Assembly (NCBI GenBank): GCA_965207065.1
Contig: OZ242260.1
Location: forward strand, 1,344,001-1,408,000
Direction of reading: 5' to 3'
DNA from: a bacterium
GTDB lineage: Bacteria; UBA8248
Length of the DNA stretch: 64,000 bases
How positions within the stretch are numbered: position 1 is the stretch's first letter; each line of letters starts with the position of its first letter. The notes below the pieces were generated by a model. The model worked only from the letters and a program-made list of their open reading frames with translations, searched no databases and had not been told where the DNA came from. Below are positions 9,821 to 19,703 of this stretch, piece after piece. A program made the translations under genes and the position numbers.

Positions 9821-10384
9821 ATGCAAGAAGGCCCCATCGACGGACACAGCACCTCCACCGTGCTGGGCGAGCGCGTCATCGACAAGCCCGAACACCCGGC
9901 CGGAGGACTCTTTACCGACAACACCGTCCACACGGAGATGCACGAGGGCTCCCTGCAGCTCAAACGCGGCGCCGCCGGAAAATTCGAGATATTCTGCGAC
10001 GAGGGCGCGGGAATCGGCGGCACGGCCCAATACCCCACGCCCATGGCCTATCTCGCGATGGCGACGGGGTTCTGACTGCTCACCCAGGTGTCGCGGTACG
10101 CGCACATGATGAAAATGGAAATCAAAGGAGCGAGCGTCTCTGTCCGGTTCCGAAAACTTTTGGGCGGCTCGGTGCTCAAGGGCACCGTGTTCAACAAGTG
10201 GGAGAGCGTGGACACGCACCTGAAAGTCGAATCGGACGAGCCCGCGGACAGGCTCGCCCACCTCATCAAGAACGCCAAGAACGGCTGTTTCGCCGAGGCC
10301 CTCATTTCAGAGCCCGTGCCGCTCAACTCCACCATCGAGGTGAACGGCGAGCCCTTCAAGATAGAGGGCGTGACGGCGGATTAA
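9821..10384 (+). CDS. OsmC-related protein, probable selenoprotein (in-frame TGA 10073-10075, codon 85)
   Basis: RBS GAGGAGA precedes ATG 9821. The frame reads ...DEGAGIGGTAQYPTPMAYLAMATGF-TGA-LLTQVSRYA...KNGCFAE, so the TGA is at the first OsmC Cys and the frame stays open to TAA 10384. Confidence 0.88.
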
Positions 10385-10406
10385 CATCAATACATGGAGT
10401 TTATGG

Positions 10407-10859
10407 ATGGAATATTTCAACGCATCGGACGACATATCCTTCGGCTCGCAGCCCGAGCCCGCGGACCTCGAAGCCCTCGCCGCAAGAGGGGTCAAGACCA
10501 TCATCAACACGCGCTTTCCCGAGGAAGACCAGGGCGATTTGCCTCCCGAGCGCGCCAGGGCCGAGGCCGAGGCGCTGGGCATGCGCTACGTGAACATCCC
10601 CGTCTCGCCGGTCGAGTTCACTCCTGCCTCGCTGGCCGAGGTGAGCCGCGCGCTCGCTGAAGCCAAGGCCCGCGGCCCCGCCTTCGTCCACTGAAAGGCC
10701 ACGGGGCGGGCCGGGATTTGCTCGCTGAACCATCTGGCGGATGAGAACGACTGGACGGCGCGGGAGATGGAGGGGGCCGCCGACGCCACCGGCTTCGACT
10801 GGCGCGACGCGCCGCTCGCGCCCAAGTACCGCGAGTTCTTCTCCCGGAGGCCCGGCTAG
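10407..10859 (+). CDS. DUF442/beta-lactamase-hydrolase-like (PTP-fold sulfurtransferase/phosphatase) protein, probable selenoprotein (TGA 10692-10694, codon 96)
   Basis: SQPEPADLEALAARGVKTIINTR and GMRYVNIPV, then PAFVH-TGA-KATGRAG, matching the PVxVHCxxxxR loop. The frame continues about 54 codons to TAG 10859. Confidence 0.85.
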
Positions 10860-11392
10860 GCGCACGCCGGATGCGCATCGCGCGCAAATGCGGGCTGTAG
10901 CGGGCAGATGCGCGGGAATCGAAAATCTTTTTTTGTCGCTATATTTGAGTGAGCCACACTCAGATTTAATAAGTAATCTTTTTGATTACAACCGGTTACG
11001 AGGCAGGCGCTTTTCATCAATTTATCGAAAAACCCCGTGAATTTATCTGTATTTACAGAAAATATGATTATTTGTATTGTTGGCTGATCTTCGCTCGCCT
11101 CCCTCCAAAGGCCGTGTTCCCGCGCGATGTCCAGACGAGCACCCACGGGCGCGGGCGAGGGATGGGCGTTTGCGCTTCCCGGAGCAGTTGAGGATCGTCC
11201 CGCCTCCTGCCGATCCGCCTGATTCATTTTCCCCCTCCCCGTATCGATGCAGAGACTGCCTTTCGCGCGGGAAATTCTCGCCCACGCGCGCGAAAACCCG
11301 GCCACGGCAAATGCGGGCAAATGCGCGCGCGTTTTTTGTCGGTAGGTTTCGGGCCCGCGCCCGATTGAAAAGGAAGGGAAGCGGTTTTCGTT

Positions 11393-11420
11393 CGTCATTC
11401 CAGCGAAAGCCGGAATCCAT
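11393..11420. repeat. Short palindromic repeat (GTCATTCCAGCGAAAGCCGGAATCCA type, REP/RPE-like)
   Basis: Imperfect palindrome of the widespread GTCATTCCCGCGNANGCGGGAATCCA class, in an intergenic region. Confidence 0.6.
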
Positions 11421-11531
11421 TTGCTTTGCCTTTGTTTTTATTTTCTGACTGGTTCCCGAAATGACGGCTGTGGTTAATTCCGAGTGATGAGGAGTTTTTC
11501 ATCGGGCTTTCCTCTCGGGAAGCCCGACGCC

Positions 11532-12332
11532 TCAGGAGGCGCTCGTCCCGGACCCCCCGGGGCCGCGCTTTAAGACGCCGGCGGCGTCGAAGCCGCCGTC
11601 CACCGGCAGCGTCACGCCGTTGATGTAGCCCGATTCCGGCAGCGCCAGGTAGAGGGCCGCGGCCGCCACCTCCTCGGGCGCCCCGTAGCGGTTCACCGGA
11701 ACGCGATCGAGATAGGAGCGGCGGGTCTCCTCGTCGTGCATTCGCTTCACCAGCGCGGTTTCGACGGGTCCCGGGGCCAGGGTGTTGACCGTCACGCCGA
11801 ACGGCGCCCACTCGGCCGCCATCACCCGCGTCAACGCAGCGACGCCGCCCTTGGAAGCGCCGTAGGCAGCGCGCCCCGTCCCGCCCCGCAGCCCCGCCAC
11901 CGAGGACATCGAGATTATCCGCCCGTACCCCGCCTCGACCATCACGGCGCCGGCGGCCTGCATCATCAGGAAGCTCCCCGTGAGGTTTACGGCGATGATA
12001 CGGTTCCATTCCGCGAGCGTGGTCTCCAGCGCGAGTATCTCCTTCCCGACCCCTGCGAAATGCATCAGGATCTCAAGCGAGCCGAACCGCTCCGTAACCG
12101 CCGCAATCAGCGCTTCCACGTCTCTCGCCTCGGCCACGTCGGTCCTGACGAACTGCGCCTGGGCGCCTCGATCTTTCAACGCCTCCGCCACCCCCGCGCC
12201 CGCCTCCTCGTTCAGGTCGGCGATGACGACGGCCGCGCCCGCATCCGCCAGCGTATGCGCCGTGGCGAGTCCGATGCCGCTCGCGCCGCCCGTGACGACC
12301 GCCGCATGTCCTTCGAGCTTGAAGGCGCACAT
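11532..12332 (-). CDS. Short-chain dehydrogenase/reductase
   Basis: TGGASGIG and YGASK motifs; start overlaps the kbl stop (TAATG). Confidence 0.92.
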   Translation of the reverse strand: MCAFKLEGHAAVVTGGASGIGLATAHTLADAGAAVVIADLNEEAGAGVAEALKDRGAQAQFVRTDVAEARDVEALIAAVTERFGSLEILMHFAGVGKEILALETTLAEWNRIIAVNLTGSFLMMQAAGAVMVEAGYGRIISMSSVAGLRGGTGRAAYGASKGGVAALTRVMAAEWAPFGVTVNTLAPGPVETALVKRMHDEETRRSYLDRVPVNRYGAPEEVAAAALYLALPESGYINGVTLPVDGGFDAAGVLKRGPGGSGTSAS

Positions 12333-13522
12333 TACGCGATGACTCCGAGTCCCCGGCCCACCTCGGCGAAGGCGTCGATGGCGCGGTCGAGATCCGCTGG
12401 ATCGTGGGCCGCCGACATCTGCGTGCGGATCCGGTCCCCCCCGCGCGGGACGACGGGAAACGAAAACGCGGTGACGAGGACGCCCTTCTCGCGAAGTCCG
12501 GCGGCGAAGTTCTGGGCCAGCTTCGGGTCGCGCAGCATCAGGGGAATGATGGGGTGCTCCCCGGCCAGCAGTTCGAAGCCCAGGCCGGTCATTTCGGCGC
12601 GGAAGCGCTTCGTGTTGCGCCAGAGCCTGTCTCTCAGTTCCGTGGAGCCTGCGAGTAAATCCAGCGCCGCCAGGCCGGTCTGGGCGATGACGGGCGCCGG
12701 CGTGTTGGAGAAGATGTAGGGGCGCGCGCTCTGGCGCAGCCATTCCACGACCACGCGGCGGGCCGAGACGTAGCCCCCGGCCGCGCCCCCCAGCGCCTTG
12801 CCGAGCGTCCCCGTCAGGATGTCGACCCGGCCCGTGACGCCCAGGCGCTCGGGCGTGCCCCGCCCGGTGGCGCCGACGAAGCCGACGGCATGGCTGTCGT
12901 CGACCATCACCATGGCGTCGTGTCTTTCCGCCAGGTCGCAGATGGCGGGCAAGTCGGCCAGATAGCCGTCCATCGAAAATACCCCGTCCGTGGCGATCAG
13001 GCGGTAGCGCGCGCCGGCCGCTTCGGTCAGTCTGGCTTCCAGGTCCGCCATGTCGTTGTTGGCGTAACGAAACCGCTTCGCGCGGCAAAGGCGCACGCCG
13101 TCGATGATCGATGCGTGGTTCAGCGCATCGGATATGATCGCGTCCTCCTCGCCCAGAAGGCTCTCGAACAGCCCCGCGTTGGCGTCGAAACAACTGGGGA
13201 AGAGGATGGTGTCCTCGGTTTCCAGAAACGCGCTCAGGCGCTCCTCCAGCAGCTTGTGGGGAACCTGCGTGCCGCAGATGAACCGGACGGAAGACATCCC
13301 GAAACCGTAGCGGGTGAGAGCGTCCCTCGCCGCCTCGACGAGGCGGGGGTGATTGGAGAGGCCCAGGTAGTTGTTGGCGCACAGGTTGATGCAGTCAGCG
13401 CCCGTCTCGAGGGTGACCTCGCCCTGCTGCGGCGAAGCGATGACCTGCTCCTGCTTGAACAGGCCGTCGGCCTTGAGCGTTTCGATCCGGCCGGCTAAAT
13501 CGTCGAGGAACGCATCGGTCAT
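12332..13522 (-). CDS. kbl: Glycine C-acetyltransferase (2-amino-3-ketobutyrate CoA ligase)
   Basis: [43 protein letters not shown] and [10 protein letters not shown] motifs. Confidence 0.95.
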   Translation of the reverse strand: MTDAFLDDLAGRIETLKADGLFKQEQVIASPQQGEVTLETGADCINLCANNYLGLSNHPRLVEAARDALTRYGFGMSSVRFICGTQVPHKLLEERLSAFLETEDTILFPSCFDANAGLFESLLGEEDAIISDALNHASIIDGVRLCRAKRFRYANNDMADLEARLTEAAGARYRLIATDGVFSMDGYLADLPAICDLAERHDAMVMVDDSHAVGFVGATGRGTPERLGVTGRVDILTGTLGKALGGAAGGYVSARRVVVEWLRQSARPYIFSNTPAPVIAQTGLAALDLLAGSTELRDRLWRNTKRFRAEMTGLGFELLAGEHPIIPLMLRDPKLAQNFAAGLREKGVLVTAFSFPVVPRGGDRIRTQMSAAHDPADLDRAIDAFAEVGRGLGVIA

Positions 13523-14021
13523 GGGGCGGCCCTCGAGGCCCGAAGGCCGGGCGGCGCGGGGAGCGGCGTGATATGGCCCATACCGGGGTTCACTCCGAAG
13601 ATCGCCGCGAACCGTATTGATTCGGCCCCCGGTTCGCGCGCGACGGATATCATCAGCGGGGCCGACGGCGGAACTTTGGTTCTTTCTCGAACAAGGTACC
13701 CTCATTATGCCGCATCAAGGCGGAGTACGCCAGATGGGGGATAATGGGGCGACGCCCCTCCCTTATCCCGAGTAGGCGCGTTCGCGCGCCGTATCGAGGG
13801 ACGAGGGAAAACAACCTTCCGACCCCTCTCTGCCGTGAACCCTCAACCCCCCGCTCGTGAAAATTTCTTGACATCGATCCGGCGATTTGTAGGATGGCAT
13901 ATACGGATTTCACGGGGCGGCGAGTAAGAGCGCACGGCTGCCGTGCGGTTTGGTTTGTTGTTGCCAGCATTCGCGCCCATGTCCAATACCGTCTGAGTCT
14001 CCAGATGAAGGATTTCCGGTG

Positions 14022-15158
14022 ATGATAGAATGGCTCGGCATCGCCCACCTTTTCGAACTTTCACGCTCTGAGGCGATTTGGGGGTTTTTCACCCCGTTGA
14101 TCGTATTCGCCGCCTTTTTCGTGACGCAGCTCATTCTGCCGGGAAGATGGGTTCCCGGCTACGTCGTCGACGTCGAGACGGGCGAGCCCCGCCGATACCG
14201 GTTGAACGGTCTCGTGGTGTTCATCGTCGCCGAGATCGTCTGGGCTTTCGAACTCACCGGAATGCCGCGCGACTGGTTCTACCGCTCCTCGATCTACGCT
14301 GTGGCCGGTGGAACGGTCTTCACCACCATTTTCGCCGTCATCGCCGTGTACAGCCAGCCTGTGGGGGAGGAGAAGAATCCGCTCCTGGCGCTGTGGGACG
14401 GGCGGGCGCAGGAGTTTTCGTTTTTCAACAATCGCTTCGACGTGAAGATGTATTTCTACGTCGTCGGCGGGACGATGCTCTCGCTGAACGCCCTCTCGGG
14501 CGCCGCGTACCACTACGAGCGCTTCGGCGCGGACTTCAACCCGGGCGTTTTCGTGTATGCGGCGTTCTTCACGTTCTACGTGCTGGACTACTTCATCTTC
14601 GAGCGCGTCCAGCTCTACACCTACGACCTGATCCACGAGAACGTCGGCTTCAAGCTGTTCTGGGGCGGCCTTGTGGTCTACGGGTGGATGTTCATCCTCC
14701 CGCTCTGGGGCATGGCCGCCTACCCGGACCCGGGATTCTCGCCGGGGTGGAAGAACTTCTGGCTCATCGGAACGCCCGCGCTGTTCCTGCTCGGGTGGGG
14801 TATCGGGCGTGGCGCCAACCTGCAGAAATACACTTTCAAAAGGTGGCCCGAGCGCAAGTTTCTGGGCATCGAGCCGGTATACATCCAGGCCGGCGACCGC
14901 AAGATCCTCTGCAGCGGTCTGTGGGGCGTCGCCCGCCACTTCAACTACATGGGCGAGGGGTTCCTCGCCCTCTCCATCGCCCTGGTGTTCGGTCATTTCA
15001 CGAATCCCTGGGCCTGGACCTACTTCGTCTTCATCGTCTCGTTCTTCACCTGCCGCCAGCGTTATGACGAAGCCTACTGCGCCGAGAAATACGGCCCCGA
15101 GAAGTGGGCGGAGTACCAGGCGCGGGTGAAATACCGGATCTGTCCCGGCATTTATTGA
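14022..15158 (+). CDS. Sterol reductase (ERG4/ERG24/DHCR7-like) membrane protein
   Basis: Multi-TM protein with YRLNGL, DLIHENVGFKLFWG, ANLQKYTFK, SGLWGVARHFNYMGE and CAEKYG..W.EY...VKYRICPGIY, all typical of sterol reductases. Confidence 0.85.
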   Translation: MIEWLGIAHLFELSRSEAIWGFFTPLIVFAAFFVTQLILPGRWVPGYVVDVETGEPRRYRLNGLVVFIVAEIVWAFELTGMPRDWFYRSSIYAVAGGTVFTTIFAVIAVYSQPVGEEKNPLLALWDGRAQEFSFFNNRFDVKMYFYVVGGTMLSLNALSGAAYHYERFGADFNPGVFVYAAFFTFYVLDYFIFERVQLYTYDLIHENVGFKLFWGGLVVYGWMFILPLWGMAAYPDPGFSPGWKNFWLIGTPALFLLGWGIGRGANLQKYTFKRWPERKFLGIEPVYIQAGDRKILCSGLWGVARHFNYMGEGFLALSIALVFGHFTNPWAWTYFVFIVSFFTCRQRYDEAYCAEKYGPEKWAEYQARVKYRICPGIY

Positions 15159-15343
15159 TAGCGTTCCGCGCGCATGTTGGTAATTTTTTGCTCCCTGAGT
15201 GCGCTGTCGACTACCGCGGTTTCTTCCCCATCAAGCCTGAGTAGTCGCGGTTCGTAATTCATTCCCCTCAAGGGGGGGGTGAATTCTGATTTAAGCAAGA
15301 GAAATTGTATCTTTGCGAATGAGGAAAAACATAGATTCACCCC

Positions 15344-16234
15344 TCACTCCCCGATCTTCCAGACGCCCTTCTCCCGAAATGCGGGGATGGTCTGGCGGCG
15401 GGCGGCGTTGGTGGTGGCGGGAGCCGAGAGGCCTCTCTTACGTATGTAGTCGGATAGCCGCACGACCGATTCTCCCCGCAGGTAGGTCACTCGCTTGTGG
15501 AGCGATTCCAGAAGCGCCAGCGACAGGATGTTCTCCATCGTCCTAGTCGTCCGGCGGTCACGATAGTCGTTGAACGCCTGGTAATAACGCTCCTTGTCCG
15601 AATTGCGGATGATGATGCGCGGCAGGCCGAATTGTAAAAGCTGAAAGTTGATGATGACCCGCCCGATGCGGCCGTTTCCGTCGCAGAAGGGATGAATCGT
15701 CTCGAAGTCCAGGTGGAAACGGGCTACCTTGTCGAGACAGTAGGAATCCAGATCGCTCGAATACTCGATGAGGATGTTCTCCATCATGCGCTCCACGTGC
15801 TCGGGCGCCGGCGCGATGTGCGTGCCCACGCGCACATACTCCCCCTGCCTACGGAACCGGCCCGCGATGGCGTCGTCGATGCCGCCGATGAGCATCCGGT
15901 GGAGCAGCAGTATCAACTCCTCATTCAGTTCGCTGTCCTCCGTCCGCGCGCGCATGTATTCGGTGACGCGGGCCAGATTCTTGGCTTCAAAGACCTCCCG
16001 CACGCTAACCTCGCGCGCGAGGGATTGCTCCAGCAGGATTCTTTCGGTCTCATCGAGGGTGAGTGTGGAATTCTCAATCGCGTTCGAGTTGTAGACGCTC
16101 TCGGGTGCTTCCACTTCGTCGATCATCGCCAGGAGCGATTCCTTGCCCCGGCGCAAGGCGTCGTACTCTCTCTTAAGAGTCCCTACGCGTTCTCTTGCCG
16201 GTCCTGTGGTAGCCATGCCTTCAATATATCTCAT
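15344..16234 (-). CDS. Fic domain protein (class II) with small C-terminal putative DNA-binding domain
   Basis: HPFCDGNGRIGR Fic motif and SNAIEN inhibitory helix. Confidence 0.93.
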   Translation of the reverse strand: MRYIEGMATTGPARERVGTLKREYDALRRGKESLLAMIDEVEAPESVYNSNAIENSTLTLDETERILLEQSLAREVSVREVFEAKNLARVTEYMRARTEDSELNEELILLLHRMLIGGIDDAIAGRFRRQGEYVRVGTHIAPAPEHVERMMENILIEYSSDLDSYCLDKVARFHLDFETIHPFCDGNGRIGRVIINFQLLQFGLPRIIIRNSDKERYYQAFNDYRDRRTTRTMENILSLALLESLHKRVTYLRGESVVRLSDYIRKRGLSAPATTNAARRQTIPAFREKGVWKIGE

Positions 16235-16315
16235 TCACGAAAAAATAACAATACTACGTGAATAGACCCCATATAATGCAATTTATTCACGATATATCAT
16301 CCAAATAACGTGAAT
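16233..16315. promoter_or_regulatory. Doubled operator-like inverted repeat ATTCACG-N17-CGTGAAT
   Basis: Exact copies at 16233-16263 and 16285-16315 in AT-rich DNA immediately upstream of the Fic gene. Confidence 0.65.
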
Positions 16316-16616
16316 ATATTTTCTTGTTGATACTCATTCCCGATCGAGGCCGGTGGGCTGAAGTTCTCTAAATCACTCCCACCCTGATGATGCGCATCCG
16401 CCCCAAGTGGAGAGTTCCGTCATGGATTCCCCCCTTCCAAAGAAGCATGATGTAAAATGATTCCTCATCCAGCATGTATGAAAGGCGTCAAACAGTCTTG
16501 ATTCGTCCGGATTGACGGATACGCTGGAAGGGGCTCTCGCCGTAGCCGCACGGATTCGGTGCCACGCTCTTGAGAGATTCCGCCGATCCGGATGCACGCA
16601 CAGGAGGGCATGAAAC

Positions 16617-17696
16617 ATGTTGAAAAAAGAAATCGGAGTCGCCGTAATCGGGTCGGGCCGCATCGGGACGCTTCGCGCCAATATGGCCTCGCGTCACCCG
16701 TCCGTCCGGTTCCTCGCCATTTCAGACAAGGAGCCCGAGCGTGCGGATATGCTGGCCGAAAGCGTCGCGGCGCATCTCTCCTCGGGAGACAACTACGAGA
16801 TCATCTCACACCCCGAAGTGGACACCGTCATCGTCTCGACACCCGAGCACGATCATGCCGAAGCCATCCTTCAGGCCCTGGAGTTGGGCAAGCCCGTATT
16901 TGTCGAAAAACCCCTGACCCTGACCCTCGAAGATGCGGACAAGGTCGTGGAGGCGGTGGAAAGAACGGGTGTCGAACTCCGGATCGGATACTCCCGTCGC
17001 CATGATCGCCGCTGGATGCTGGCCCGGGAGCAGGTGGCCCGGGGACGACTCGGTCAGATACTGGGAATCAATTCCCGCATATACTCCTCGAGAGCCCAGA
17101 TTGCCGAGCCCCTGAAGCGCTCACCGAACGCAACGCCGGTCCTCGACGTTCTCACTTACTATGTGGACATGGCCTGCTGGTTTCTGGAGGGTAACCGCCC
17201 GGTGGAAGTGTTCGCCAGGGGGAACGCGAAAATCTTCAAATCATGGGGCTACTCCGCCCACGACGTTACCTGGTCCATCATTACCTTCGAGGACGGCACG
17301 GTCGTAAACCTCGGTGTATGTTGCGCCCTTCCCGCAAAATATCCAACCTATGGACAGAGCGCCCGCTTCGAGGTGCTCGGGGAGGACGGAGCCATCCTCC
17401 TGGATGTCGACAACAAAGACAGTTTATTGTTCACCGACAAGGGCGTGCCCCACGCCTACGTTCCCGATCATCATGTGAATTTGCTCTTCATGCAGAGCAA
17501 CTCGTCCGGCGACTGGGCCATGGGCGACTATTGGGGGCCTATCGCGAACGAGACGCGCTCCTGGCTCGACCACCTCGCGACCGGCTCCCCTTGCGTTCAT
17601 ACGACCGCCATCGAGGGCCGGCAGACGCTGGCGCTCACATTGGCCATTGAAGAATCGGCAAGAACCGGCGAGATAATTTCCTTGCCTCCCCACTAA
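16617..17696 (+). CDS. Gfo/Idh/MocA family oxidoreductase
   Basis: VIGSGRIG and GKPVFVEKP motifs. Confidence 0.92.
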   Translation: MLKKEIGVAVIGSGRIGTLRANMASRHPSVRFLAISDKEPERADMLAESVAAHLSSGDNYEIISHPEVDTVIVSTPEHDHAEAILQALELGKPVFVEKPLTLTLEDADKVVEAVERTGVELRIGYSRRHDRRWMLAREQVARGRLGQILGINSRIYSSRAQIAEPLKRSPNATPVLDVLTYYVDMACWFLEGNRPVEVFARGNAKIFKSWGYSAHDVTWSIITFEDGTVVNLGVCCALPAKYPTYGQSARFEVLGEDGAILLDVDNKDSLLFTDKGVPHAYVPDHHVNLLFMQSNSSGDWAMGDYWGPIANETRSWLDHLATGSPCVHTTAIEGRQTLALTLAIEESARTGEIISLPPH

Positions 17697-17987
17697 CCCG
17701 AAACCGGGCTCTGCACTCTATCCATTGTGGAAATATCAAGGCGAACCGGAGTGCGCCACTTATTGCGGAGGGGTTCTCTCGAAGCCCCGATACGGCCACA
17801 GGGAAAGAGTGATTTCGACTGATGCAATACGGGTTTCCCGCCAATCAGAGAGGGACTGCGCTGTCTTCAATCCCACCTTCATCAGTCGGTATAGGCCATT
17901 CTTCTTGACACTCACCTTGCCCCTCGCTAGGTTGATTGAGGATTCAAGAAAGTCTCGCGCCAACGCCGCCGGTCCGGGAGAGGGACT

Positions 17988-19670
17988 ATGGCCATCGCAT
18001 CGGATGTTGATATCGCGCAGGGGGCGAAACTCAGGCCCATCGCCGAGGTTGCCGAAGAACTCGGTCTCGGGGCTGATGAGATAGAACCCTACGGCGCGCA
18101 CAAGGCCAAGGTCGGCCTGGACGCGCTGGAGCGCCGTAAAAACGACCCCGACGGCAAGCTCATCCTCGTCACCGCCATGACGCCCACCCCGCTGGGCGAG
18201 GGCAAGACGCTCACCACGGTGGGGCTCGGCCAGGCGCTCGCGCGGCTCGGCAAAAAGAGCGTCATCTGCGTGCGCGAGCCCTCACTCGGCCCGGTGTTCG
18301 GCATCAAGGGGGGCGCGGCAGGCGGCGGCATGTCCCAGGTGCTGCCGATGGAGGACATCAACTTACACTTCACGGGCGACATCCACGCGGTCACCTCCGC
18401 CCACAACCTGCTCTCCACCCTCATGGACGCGCACGTATTTCACGGCAACGAACTTGCGCTGGACGTGAACCGCGTCACCTGGAAGCGCGTGCTGGACATG
18501 AACGACCGCGCGCTGCGCCACGTGCTCGTTGGCCTCGGCGGCAGGACGCACGGCGTGCCGAGGGAAGAGGGCTTCATGATCACGGCGGCGTCCGAGGTCA
18601 TGGCCGTACTCTGCCTCGCGAGCGATCCCCAGGACATGAAGGAGCGCATCGCGCGCATCGTGGTCGGCTACACCAGAAAGGGCGCGCCTATCACCGCGGG
18701 CGATCTGAACGCTGCGGGCGCCATGGCCCTGCTCCTGAAAGACGCGATCAAGCCCAACCTGGTGCAGACGCTCGAGGGCTCGCCCGCCTTCGTCCACGGG
18801 GGGCCGTTCGGCAACATCGCGCACGGGACGAACTCGCTCATCGCGGACAAGCTCGCGCTCAAGCTGGGCGACGTGATGGTGGTGGAGGCGGGTTTCGGCT
18901 CCGATCTGGGCGCCGAGAAATTCTTCAACATCACCGCGCGCACGGGTGGCCTGAGCGTGGACGCGGTGGTGCTCGTCGCCACCGTCCGCGCGCTCAAGCT
19001 TCACGGGGGCGTTCCCTTCGACAAAGACGCCCTGGCGGAGGAGAACGTGGATGCCCTCACGGAGGGCTTCGCGAACCTTCGCACCCATATCGAGAATATC
19101 AAGAGTTTCGGCGCGCCCGTGGTGGTGGCCGTGAACCGTTTTGCTTCGGATACGGATGTGGAGATAGAGCGCGTGAAGGAGCTTTGCACCGAGGCGGGGG
19201 CGCCCTGCCAAGCGCACGAACTCCACGCAAGAGGCGGCGAGGGAGGAGCCGAACTCGCCGAGACGGCGTATGGCCTGGCCGCCGCGAACGATGTGCCCTA
19301 CTCGCCGCTATATCCGCTCGATATGCCGCTCAAGGAGAAAATCGAGACCATCGCGACGCGCATCTACCGCGCGGGGGCGGTGCGCTTCGAGCCGGCTGCG
19401 GCGCGCAGCCTGCGCTCCCTGACGAGGTTGGGCTACGGCGAGCTTCCGGTCTGCATCGCCAAGACGCAGGCCTCCCTGTCGGACGACCCCAAGAAGCCGG
19501 GCGCGCCCGAGGGCTTTATCCTGAACGTGCGCGAGGTGTACGTGTCGGCAGGGGCGGGGTTCGTCGTCGCCATCGCCGGAAACATCATGCAGATGCCCGG
19601 CCTCGCCAAGACCCCCGCCTCGGCGGGCATGGACGTCACCGCCGACGGGAAGATCACGGGGTTGTTTTAG
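17988..19670 (+). CDS. fhs: Formate--tetrahydrofolate ligase
   Basis: TPTPLGEGKT, GIKGGAAGGG, HGGPFGNIAHG and MPGL motifs. Confidence 0.97.
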   Translation: MAIASDVDIAQGAKLRPIAEVAEELGLGADEIEPYGAHKAKVGLDALERRKNDPDGKLILVTAMTPTPLGEGKTLTTVGLGQALARLGKKSVICVREPSLGPVFGIKGGAAGGGMSQVLPMEDINLHFTGDIHAVTSAHNLLSTLMDAHVFHGNELALDVNRVTWKRVLDMNDRALRHVLVGLGGRTHGVPREEGFMITAASEVMAVLCLASDPQDMKERIARIVVGYTRKGAPITAGDLNAAGAMALLLKDAIKPNLVQTLEGSPAFVHGGPFGNIAHGTNSLIADKLALKLGDVMVVEAGFGSDLGAEKFFNITARTGGLSVDAVVLVATVRALKLHGGVPFDKDALAEENVDALTEGFANLRTHIENIKSFGAPVVVAVNRFASDTDVEIERVKELCTEAGAPCQAHELHARGGEGGAELAETAYGLAAANDVPYSPLYPLDMPLKEKIETIATRIYRAGAVRFEPAAARSLRSLTRLGYGELPVCIAKTQASLSDDPKKPGAPEGFILNVREVYVSAGAGFVVAIAGNIMQMPGLAKTPASAGMDVTADGKITGLF

Positions 19671-19703
19671 GCAGCACGGCGCCCGGCTTCACTTTAGTCC
19701 AAA

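Noticed and set aside
13523-14020. Glycine riboswitch or tdh remnant upstream of kbl
   Set aside because: I could not find the conserved riboswitch motifs or recognisable Tdh sequence.
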